Shown one piece after another: positions 1 to 9,992 of a stretch of 21,730 nt of DNA. The position numbers and the translations under genes are program-made. The stretch's first letter is position 1; each line of letters opens with the position of its first letter. Origin of the DNA: Chiloscyllium plagiosum (taxonomy: Eukaryota). The stretch is taken from NCBI RefSeq assembly GCF_004010195.1, contig NC_057719.1:70022719-70044448 (forward strand). The letters run 5' to 3'. Below the pieces are notes generated by a model. It worked only from the letters and a program-made list of their open reading frames with translations, did not search any database and was not told where the DNA came from.

Positions 1-724
1 TATTCCTCTATTGCTTATTTTATGTACAATATAACATTTTAACTCAAGCCACAGATATCAAATGGTATTGTTATCAGATGCTACGGAGTGAGCTCTCTCA
101 ATCCAGCACAGCTATTGCTCAACCATGTGTTATTTTAGAGAACAATCCTTGACCTTGTTAGCATTTGAAACTAAGGATGAAACTTAGCAATATTGTGTTA
201 CAGTTGTACAAAACAAAGTGTGTTTTACTCTTGTGATAAGCAGAAGGATTAATTTATATTATATTGTAGCAACATGGTTTTCAGTTCCATTCATTCAAGA
301 ACATAAATTGTAGCACAGAGAATGATGTACTTGGACAATTGCCATGTTAGAGAAATGTCATTGGCATATTTTGTATGGCACAGTAAATTAAGTCTAATAA
401 AGAGTAAACATTTTTCAAGAATTTTCTTTGATTTTTTTGGATAATGGATATTTACAACCAAGTTATGGTCATTTCTGTGAAAAGCTTTCACATTCAGAAA
501 TTAAGTCATCTGACAAGCAAAATGTTGCCGCAGTGTCCTGTAGATAGATCATTCATATGTCCTTGGATAGTTTTTTCCATGAGCACTCTTGTTGCAAATG
601 GTTCTGTAATAATAGGATTAATGTTGCTTTTGTGAGGAGAGCAAAACCAAAGACCATTTATATCTTGTGCCATTAAGGTAATGCATTAAATTGGTCTTTA
701 TGGCAATAATCTGCAGTTATATGG

Positions 725-1040
725 TGTCTTTAACACATTAAAACATTCAATAAGGGCTTCACAGGAGCACTATTGATCAAAAATTGAGAGTGGATACACA
801 AGGTGATACTAAGATGGATGACTAAATATTTGGACAAAACAGTATGCTTTTAAGGAATGTCTCAGAGGAGAGAAAGAGGTAGAGAAATGTAGGGAGGAAA
901 CTCTTAAATATTACTGCCTTGGAAGCCAAAGGCACAGCGGTGCAATATTAAAATGAAGATGGAGAATTGAAGGAATGCAGAGATCTCAAGGGTTGCAGCG
1001 ATGCAGAATATCGAAATAGAGAGGGGTGAGCCCTTGGAGA
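725..1040 (-). mobile_element. Decayed L2-type LINE 3' fragment
   Basis: Minus strand gives degenerate CAFGFQGSNI*..FLP...ETFLKSILF, resembling the L2 ORF2 C-terminal AFS..P.LWNSLP...FK..LKT.LF motif, followed by a 3' UTR-like tail. Recognised by eye; boundaries approximate. Confidence 0.55.
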
Positions 1041-1478
1041 ACATCAATAACAACCCAATGACAGAAAAAAAATCAATCTGAGCAGAAATAATGCAAAACT
1101 CTCTGTTTTTCTCTGTTCAAGATCTCTTTTTGTTTACCTCAACAAGACATCCCCCTCCTGTACATCGGTGAATTTCCATTTCTTGTGCTCCAATACATCC
1201 AATGATCTATGAAACCAAGACTTTGAATTAAGGTTCAAATTATGATGATTGAAGGCATTTTCCCATTGCCAAGTGAAATCTGTCAAGTGGACTGGTCAGC
1301 CAATGTCATTTCACTTTTTACTCAACAGCTTTTAGTGAGAGACCTCCTGCTGTTTTCAAACTGATCCAATCCAAGGTTGCAAAAGTACTCACTGTAATCA
1401 TTACTATAAAAGCTTATCAGCTCTATAAATTATGAGACTGCACTGTTTCCCAGTTTTAAGTATTTCATTTATTTATGG

Positions 1479-1504
1479 GAGAGAGAGAGAGAGAGAGAGA
1501 GAGA
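1479..1504. repeat. (GA)13 microsatellite, (UC)13 on the NOVA1 pre-mRNA
   Basis: Direct reading of the sequence. Confidence 0.95.
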
Positions 1505-2006
1505 CAGCAAAATAGACATGCACAAATTACGCTATCCATTAAACATATTTCTGGTCTTACCTCACTCCAAAACCAAACATTTGGTGAATTCATCATTAAC
1601 ATATTGTGAACTGTGCCATTGAGAAAATGTTTTGCTGGGGTGCAAGAGTTACATCACGATGCACAATAATAATAATTACTAATCTAGTAGATGATTAACA
1701 TTGTCATCTTCATTGTTACATTCAGCTGAGTATGCAGATAGGTTATTTCTGGCAAAAGCAAAATCGTTAGTGGAGAGAATGCTGGAAACAAAAGGGCACA
1801 AGGCAAATATACATTTTCTATTCTTACCAGAAACAGTTAATCAGTTAAAAGCAAAATGAAAGTCCAGAATATTGTAGGATGTTCTATAACAAGCAGCATC
1901 ATTTGTTTTTGCTGCGGAATTAGCACGCTTGTCTAATCTAAAGCTAGTTATTAACAAGTGTACCTGTTACAAAATATTCAAGTCCAGGAAAGGCCTCCTT
2001 CCCAAC

Positions 2007-2134
2007 GTGGCTGCACAATGTTCTCTATACCTGTGAAAGTATGGTGTAGATGGTAGATGATACTGTACCTGATTGGCTCTGGTGGTGGTCATGGGGTCAG
2101 ATGGAGTGGACTTGGTGGTAGTTGGGGAAGATGG
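2007..2134 (-). promoter_or_regulatory. YCAY cluster (NOVA autoregulatory binding element) in and just downstream of exon 4
   Basis: RTGR on plus (YCAY on the pre-mRNA) at 2131, 2115, 2106, 2101, 2091, 2085, 2082 (7 exonic) and 2057, 2050, 2041, 2033, 2007 (5 intronic). That is 12 in 128 nt against roughly 2 expected at uniform base composition. NOVA1 exon-4 autoregulation through YCAY repeats is established in mammals. Confidence 0.85.
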
Positions 2135-2140
2135 CAATGT
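2069..2140 (-). CDS. NOVA1: NOVA1 alternative cassette exon (exon 4, 72 nt, 24 aa Ser/Thr/Pro-rich linker)
   Basis: Translates TLPSSPTTTKSTPSDPMTTTRANQ (human recalled as TLPSSPTTTKSSPSDPMTTSRANQ). Acceptor gctttattcccag| (AG at 2142-2141), donor CAG|gtacag (GT at 2068-2067). Symmetric phase 0/0 and in frame with the 7457-7623 exon. Confidence 0.95.
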
Positions 2141-5100
2141 CTGGGAATAAAGCAATTCAGGAGGAAATCACCAACCTTAAGCCTTATACTGAGCAAACCC
2201 ATGCAATAAATTCCAAACAGTCCAAGGTAGCTTACTTTGGCTAATATTTTAGGTATTATTTCCATAATTATTTATCCACAGCCACCTCATGCCAATGAAG
2301 GATGGATGAGATTTACGATGAAGAGCTGGTGTCTAGAGAAATACTGTGTTTCTCGCCAATATATTTTAAATTATGAAGCCATTATGATGATTCAATAGTT
2401 TTGATAGGTCATACATTTTCAATTATTGCTACCCACTGTAGCAAATGTAGAACATAACAAATGCACAACTTTTTGAACATTAGCAAACATCATGAATAAC
2501 TTTGACTAATTTCTGTACATTTGAATAACATTTCTCGGCACACATTTCTAACTTTCTGAATCTACCTCTTTGAACTGGAATCATAATTGCAGTAAATTGC
2601 CTTATCAATGTATATGTTAAGTAAATGTCATATATACCAGGCTGAAAGTTCAAGGAGATGTAGACTCACGTTAATTAGGACTACAGTAAGAGGACTCATG
2701 GTATTGAGTCTAACACTGGTTCAATATAAATTAATCCATAAACATGATTTCATAAGAAAACAGGATTTACATTAAATTTAAATACAGTAATGCTTCATGT
2801 GAGCAGATTGTACTGTAAAATCAGTACGCTATGCCAAATGAAGATATTCAAATCCTCAAACTAGTCTTTAAAAGTTAGTTGAAGTCAGGAATTAAATTAC
2901 AAATTGACCAGAATTCCAGAAGACATTTTCAGAATTAAAACTTAACATCGATTATTTTACTATATATACATATATGTTGTATTTATTTGATATATTTTAA
3001 AAAGTTACTTTAAGCTTGGAAGAATTTCATCATCAGTATATCTGATTTTGTCAGAAATAAGCATTCAAATTATTTTTTGTTTGCCACTTTTCATGTGTTG
3101 AAGAAATGTTATTCAAAAAGATTAAAGGAAGACTGTCTGCAAAAGAATCCTATTTGGTGACCTCTAGAATGAGAAAATAACTGAGTCCCTTTTACAATTT
3201 AAAATATGTTCAGTGCAAATCTGTGCAAATGTGCACAAGTAATATTTGCACATTTTAAGAGTTAGGTAGCTTTGCTTTCAAAAATGTAAAGCTCCTAATA
3301 TGTTACAGAGTTTGTGAAAAGTTCACATGGAGAATTAAAATGTTCCATTAATACTTAAAGAATACAAAACTACCTCAAAGAGCCATTTTGTGCATTCCAT
3401 CTTTCACTTGTTCAAGCTGTTTTTTTGGATGGGGCGGTTTTTACAGGAGGCAGGGAGAAAGAGGTAGCAAAAAAAAACACACAGCTACAAACAGCATAAG
3501 TGGATCAACGAACCCTCTGACCCCTCTCCTGTCCTAAACAGGCAGTGAAGACGTTACAGCATAACTTACGTATAGAGTGAAAGAAAATAGAACAGATAAG
3601 ATGTACAAGATTATAATGAGTAGTGCCATTTAAATTGGAATAAGAGAAAGTGGAAAACAAAGGAAGAAATAAATCTTCCTTGCATTAAGAAAACAATAAT
3701 TCTTACAAGAATAAAAACATTCATTTCACAGAGGCAGACTTCACACAGATATAAAGTTTAACAGTCAAAACAAAAATCAATATTCAACTAAAACAGAAAA
3801 CTTCTACATGAAACTAAAACAAAATGACAACAGTGACCAGGAGTCCACCAGACTGAGTGATTATTCCTTTGGACACAGCTCTTATCATACCAGGAGAATT
3901 GAGATGCCAGGCAATGCCTGTGCCCCTGTGAAAAGGAGCTTTAATGTGTTGGTATGCTATCCATTCAGCATGGGGCAAAGACAGCATTTAGTTATCTGAT
4001 TAGACTGCGAGAAAACCATTCTCAAAGAAAAGCTGTCCATGTTTTGGCGTAGTAGCATATGTTTTAAGGTACAATTTGTGCAAACTTTTGTAGTACAATA
4101 CATTCCTTTAAACATTTGCCTTGCCCCCTTTTCACTGTAGTTCTTTTAAAAATAGTTTGCCTATTTGTCTGAGACTCTCCCAGATTGGAAAATAAATCTC
4201 TTAAGCGCTGCTACACGAATCTGGGGAGAAATGAAGTGCTTTGCACTTGGAGTATGCACTTTCTTCCCTGCTATTCCAGTTGCTCTCTGACTACTAGAAC
4301 TTGGCAAACCACACACCCCACTAGGACACTAGGATTATCTACTTACAACCTTGATGTGTAAAGACACTAAGACACCAACATGTGAATTTGGCAGCTTAAT
4401 AATGGTGAAACATCAATGCTCTGTTCACAGACACTAAGGCCCAGATAAATCTAGTTGAATTTACATTGCATGAAAATATTTACTTAAATTTCCTTGGTTT
4501 CCTCCTTTATGCAACCAAACAGGTACTCTAATGGCCAGAGCAACACAGATTGGAGTTGCGCATCAGATCCATGTGGAATCCCCAATTCAGGTGAGTCACT
4601 GGGAATTGCCCAGGAAATTGACATTGTCTCCTCCACCAAGAACCCAAGAATCCATTAACGTCAGAGAATTCAGACATTTCCAAATCAGTTACACTTAGTA
4701 GCTTCCAGGAAATGTTAAAAGATTAAACATCTATTCTAACCCCTGGATAAGAGTTAATGTGACCCCTTAACTCACAACTGAGTTAACTCACCTACTTAAT
4801 CCACTGTGTTCCCATTAGTAAATATTTGACATACCCATTTTCCTGTCGGTGAGGGAGATAAAGGGGGCAGGGAGTTACGGCTGACTGCAATTTGCACTTC
4901 CAAGGCTGACAAAGGCAACTGCATATGCTAAAGTGGAGCTGCCTTCAGTTAGATCCAACTTTCACAAGTGGGATATCCAAACTATAATGTGCACTTTAGA
5001 CCGATCAGAAAAAGGCCCAAAGCTGCTGGTGTTCTTTGCAGAGGTGAGGTACTCTTCTGGACAGGTCCAAGGACATCTTTAGAAGAGATAAATTGTAATT

Positions 5101-7456
5101 AGGCTGAGTTTTCTGAAATTCAAATGTCCTTTGAGATTATTAAAAGTAGACATAAATGTGCATGAAAAGTTGATAAACTCTTTGAAATTGCGAAGCTGAT
5201 TGTAACTGTCAAACTGTCAAGGAAGCTGTCAGTCTGTCAAGTGAAATGGAAAAGGGAGCTTTTGACACAGCTGTCAAACTCAACCAATATAAATGTCCTT
5301 GCCATTAAAATTTGAAACAACTGGCTGCATTGTAAAAGCAAATCAGGACTTACTGTTTCACTCTATCTGTTGACCTAAGTCTGAGAGTTATCATTTCAGC
5401 ATTTGTGTCGCACATCTGATTTCACAACCTAGGGTGCCTGTCAATTCACAATTTTATTGACAGCTCTAAGTACTTACAAGTTTTTGGAGCAGGGCTATAA
5501 ATTAAATGCTTACTTTTAATAGGCAATTACATAGCTGAATGAAGTTAACTGTAGCATTTTTTGTTGACATATGTGTTATTAACACAGTGAATTGATTAGT
5601 AGGCATTTGTAATATTATTTTATTTAATTTTAACAATGAGTCCTGAGTTCTGTCTATGGTGGACACTGAGTGAGTTGGCATGGGAGGTGTAAGAGCAAAG
5701 AATGGTAGGTGAGGAGGCATGCCTTGAAGCTGGATTGGGAATATCAACAGCAATGAAGTGGACAGAAAGGAATAGCTTGCCATGCAGGGTTTGAGGGGTA
5801 GGTAAGAAGTAGGACGTGAAATGGGTAGACATTGATGGGGCATGTGGTGAGAGGTGAGGACTGAATTTTGTTGTATTGTTTATGTTGAAGCCGGGTCAAA
5901 GTACTGGTGTGCTGAGGTCAGCCATTCTTTTGCTGAGCTCCACACCCAGCATCCCCTGAGGCTCTGTCCACATCCCTTCCAAGGGCTGCAGACCTAATTT
6001 TGATCTATAACTCACAACCCATAACCATGGGGATACCTTCCATAGGTTGGCAGAGCTGCAAAGCTTTTGCGACTCTGCAATCCTGACCCAGTAATGAACA
6101 CTTAGGTCAAGGTTTTATTGCCAGTTTCACTTGGCTGATTGTTTTCTGGCTAAACAGGCACACAACTTGATTCTAGACTGCTATTACTCCAGTGAGAGCA
6201 ACCAAGAATAAACCTTTCTTGTGGACGATGTTAATTGGCTCTATATGACGGCAAAAATGAGACTGGAAATGTCATATATGCAGAGCAGTAGCCACAATCT
6301 CATGTTCTTGTACGGCGGGACCAATACTAATTATCCAGTGAGCAGATTTTTCGTAAAACTAAGTTTTGAAATAAATAATTTGATACTGAAACTTTCCTGA
6401 TCAGCATTCCTGTTTATGAGCTATAATTTACATTTATCTCCAAGAAATTAATTTAGAACCTGAATGCATTCAAAGTTTCAATATATTGTGATACTTGTTC
6501 TGATGTTACTTAAATCATGTACTAACAAAGAAAAGCTGATCTACAAATTAATCTCAAAATTCTCATTCGTAGCTTTTGTTTCAGAAAAACCTTTTGAAAT
6601 TGGTAACTTGAAAATGTACCTTGATTTCACAGAGAAACCAGTGATGTTGAAGGCTGTAAAGGATTTCATTCATATTCAAGACCACAAAATGAATGATATT
6701 ATGGTACCAAACAAAAATCCATGTAGGAACTAAACAGGAATCACAAATTTGAAAAATATCTTGTCCCAATTGCAGAACGGTCAGGAAAATGAAGGAACAC
6801 TTATGGTAAATACAACTTGTATAACAAAGCTAAAGTAAATAATGCACACCTAACTTTATTGCTTCATGAAAACATAGTGATTTACATGATCATTAATCCC
6901 TGGACAAGCAGATGACATGCACATCTAAGCTACATGGAACAATATTTTCTCTTTCATCTAAAAAGGTTTTGTGTTTTCCCATATTTCTTCACACAGAAGT
7001 ATTGCAGACAATCTTTCTTTAACAATATGCTTGGTTAGTAAAATTCTTACACCTTGAGAATTAGTTTAAAAATTCCCATTCTCAAAAAGTGGGCAAAAAT
7101 AGTTCACCACGTGGCAGAAATATATCCTAGCTTTCTTTCAATTTCATAAAACTAAATTAATAATAACAGCCTGGAAGTCATGAGCACAGATTTGAAATGG
7201 TGGTGGGAGCTGGCCAAGTTATAGTCATTAATTGATCATCCAGTTTAAAACATGTGAAGCCAAAAAGGCTCCTTCATTACTCGATAACCGTCATTAATTT
7301 TGCAATCTCTTTGAACTGGCTTTTAATGTTATCCCTGCCATACTTTTACCAGCCACATGACAGTGGACTTGCTGCCATACCCCTCCTCCACCACCAAATG
7401 CACTTACTAATTCTATTTCAAAATAGCAGATATATTTTATGTTATTAATAGCTTAC
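2141..7456 (-). other. NOVA1: NOVA1 intron between exon 3 and exon 4 (5316 nt, GT-AG)
   Basis: Bounded by donor GTAAGC at 7456 and acceptor CAG ending at 2141. Joining the exons gives the continuous NOVA1 sequence ...DRIKQ|TLPSS... Confidence 0.9.
2200..2205 (-). promoter_or_regulatory. UGCAUG RBFOX motif about 60 nt upstream of the exon 4 acceptor
   Basis: Plus strand CATGCA is UGCAUG on the pre-mRNA. Further copies at 1517-1522 (downstream of exon 4) and 6916-6921 (downstream of exon 3). Confidence 0.5.
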
Positions 7457-7623
7457 TTGTTTGATGCGATCCGGGTTCACGGTGGTCTGAGGCTGCAGGA
7501 TGCTAACTGGTTCTGTCTTTGCCACATTCTGAGGCATTTCTCGTATCTTCTCTGCAATGAAGCTGTGAACAGCATTCAGAGCTTCAACTGTTCCCTGGAT
7601 CAGGCAGACGCGCTCTGTTGTTC
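7457..7623 (-). CDS. NOVA1: NOVA1 internal coding exon (equivalent to human exon 3): C-terminal half of KH1 plus KH1-KH2 linker
   Basis: Translates (G)[55 protein letters not shown], near-identical to recalled vertebrate NOVA1. Acceptor ttttttgtgttacatttcag|GA (AG at 7625-7624), donor CAA|gtaagc (GT at 7456-7455). Length 167 nt, phase 1 in, phase 0 out. Confidence 0.97.
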
Positions 7624-8044
7624 CTGAAATGTAACACAAAAAAAATCAAAGTGAAAAAAGAAACAAAGACAAGCTGTCTAGGTGTATGAAGACAATCAGT
7701 TCACTGTCAGTTGTTTGAAAATATATACACAAATATCTACAAGATTTTATTGACAGTTTTTATAAAACAACAGATAAAAAAAATTGGTTTTATTTCAGTA
7801 AATTTTCAAAAGGTATGCAGCATTATGTGTCAGATAAGAGCTTTGTGCACAAATAATGCCAAGTGAATTAAGGGGAATTTGGTCATGTGGGTAGAAAGAT
7901 GGCCAGAAGGCAGAAAACAAAGGACATAGATAAAAGCATGTTTGATCATTTTTGACAATTAGAAATCCCTTTGTGGAATCGTGCAGAATTGGTGGGAAGA
8001 TTCCTTGGTTGAGTATCAGCTCACTGAAATGGTTAGGAATGCTC

Positions 8045-8128
8045 CTTGCATAGAAACATGTTCTGGCAGGGACTCGAGCTCAGAGCTTCCAGCCCAGAGA
8101 TAGGCATGCTACCACTCTGCCACAAGAC
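8045..8128 (-). mobile_element. tRNA-derived SINE head
   Basis: Minus strand GTCTTGTGGCAGAGTGGTAGCATGCCTATCTCTGGGCTGGAAGCTCTGAGCTCGAGTCCC: Pol III A box (TGGCAGAGTGG) and B-box-like GCTCGAGTCC. Similar to the copy at 16671. Confidence 0.7.
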
Positions 8129-8627
8129 ATCCATATAGTTGTTATTTTTCAAAAAAAAAGTAAATAGTTTGGAAAATTAGCAGGTGACTGCTATGAGACT
8201 AAGTGGTTCACCTGGAAAATGCTCAGCCATGGTCAAATCATCTGTTCTATACTGGAAGGTTTCAAAATAATATTTGAACCTTGGTCAAACACAGAGAAAC
8301 ATATTGAATGAGTCATAAACATTGAGAGTACATATACTTTGAAGGAGAGACTGAGTTGGGAAGATGTTGATTGAGCTTCAACAGGGGCAGATTGTATATT
8401 AGACTGACTGGGAGTTTGGATGTAAATATCTTAGTTGGTTTTGCACACTTACAAATATGACTGCTAGGTGACAGAAATAATACTAATGCACACTGCAATG
8501 ATAGGTAAGGTACAATGAATTATAAACATTTGGTCAGAAGCAGTGATGGAGAGACTTGGTGTTCATGTTGGATCCAATTTACATAAAAAGCAGGAACAGA
8601 CACAAATTGACACTGGACAGATACCTG

Positions 8628-8876
8628 ATAAATCAGTTGATAAACACACTACCCAGTAAGGAACTAGGCAGGTAGACCTGGATGGTCCATGTTCAGTCTC
8701 TATTCTGTGCTGAATTGATGCTTAGATAGCACAGGTTTAACCAACCTCGTTTTGATCCCCTTGGATTGGGAAAGGTGGGGTTGGGAAGTTGTGGGCATCA
8801 GGTGGGTAGGACTACTTATTGTTTGTAACTGCTGGAAAATACTCATTAATAGATGTTAGATGAGAACAGAATTGCA
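8628..8876 (+). mobile_element. Possible ancient, highly decayed tRNA-derived SINE
   Basis: A-box-like AAATCAGTTGATAA and B-box-like TGTTCAGTCTC, followed by CTGTGCTGAATT and CTGCTGGAAA blocks reminiscent of old chondrichthyan SINEs. Recall only. Confidence 0.3.
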
Positions 8877-9871
8877 CAATTACTGATTTGAAAATAAGTA
8901 AAATTTAGGTAAAGCAGACAAATGATCTGAGGAAGATAGTTCACAGAGACAGAACATCCCAAATATGAATATAAACATCTTGACTTGTAAAACACAGCAA
9001 AGTCTGACTTTCTATAGCAGTTTGTAATGAACTAACACTTCAGTTGAATAGGTCAAAGGAGAATAATTGAGATTACAACATACGTGCAGCAGAAATAACT
9101 CTGAATAAAATAAGAAAATAAATTTGGATTTATTGACAAATTTAAATGCAACTATAGCACATTTCTCGCAACAGTATTGTGCAGGAAATCCCCAACCACT
9201 GCGGGCTTCCCTGAAAGCGTAAATATTTTTCCACATCATAATCAACTGTCGTGAATTACTTAATTAAATTATGTAATCACTGTTCCACAACAATTCTGTA
9301 TACACATAGAAGTTTTATACAACACACAAGTTGACTTTTCAAATCAGGCACAGGAACATGATGCCCAGATAATCCCAGCATTTTGTCTGTGATGTGATTG
9401 TGATATGTCAATATTGTACTGGGGCTGGAGGAATATACAGCACCAACAGCTACTGAAGTGGCAGGAGCTTCATGCAGACTATTAATAATAAAGGCAGTTG
9501 GCAGCCATGATGGCACTTGTCAATGCTTTACTGAGGACAGCAGGCAGCTCCTCAGAGGAGTAGCAGCCTCACCATGCATGGACGTGGTCAAATGGCTAAA
9601 TCGAGAGCAAAAGTGCATGATCCAGCCCAGAGTCCCACAGCTCCGGACGTCTAACATATAACAAACTTTTACTGCTATGAACCCAACAGCTATGCACTAT
9701 TGAAGTTGGAAACTGCAAAAAAAACTTATTTTTCTCTTAGATCTGTTTTCTAGAACTACTAAATGCTGCCACTTGAATTCATTCCTGATGCTGCCATCAA
9801 AGGCAGGTTTGAGCTTTCAATTATTCTGACATAAAGTGGGACAGAATTGAAGGGGAGACTGAGATTTAAAT

Positions 9872-9992
9872 ATGATTTGGAGATGCCAGTGTTGGACTGG
9901 GGTGGACAAAGTTAAAAATCACACAACACCAGGTTATAGTCCAACAAGTTTAATTGGAAGCACTAGCTTTCGAAGCACTGCTCCTTCATCAG
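9872..9992 (-). mobile_element. Short Penelope-like (pLTR) insertion with minimal hammerhead core, flanked by a 10-bp target-site duplication
   Basis: AGATTTAAAT at 9862-9871 and 9991-10000. Minus strand reads CTGATGA-A-GGAGC-AGT-GCTTC-GAAA-GCTA-GTG. Internal 9-bp inverted repeat at 9890-9898/9938-9946. Homologous to 18468-18545. Confidence 0.8.

Noticed and set aside
1..1950. Alternative terminal exon like the short human NOVA1 isoform (recalled as ending KHNISWIS), and the KH2-encoding next exon
   Set aside because: No matching peptide was found by eye downstream of exon 4 in this window. A TBLASTN search would settle it.
1967..2155. 62-aa ORF as a stand-alone gene
   Set aside because: Only 2069-2140 is NOVA1 exon; the flanks are intronic read-through bounded by splice sites.
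5502..6769. ORFs of 62-113 aa in intron 3
   Set aside because: No recognisable domains, biased composition, and lengths expected by chance.
7445..7639. 64-aa ORF as a stand-alone gene
   Set aside because: It is exon 3 plus a few intronic codons. The overlapping plus-strand ORFs (7254-7448, 7439-7627) are antisense shadows.
8045..8128. tRNA gene (also 16671-16726)
   Set aside because: A and B boxes only, no complete cloverleaf; better explained as SINE heads.
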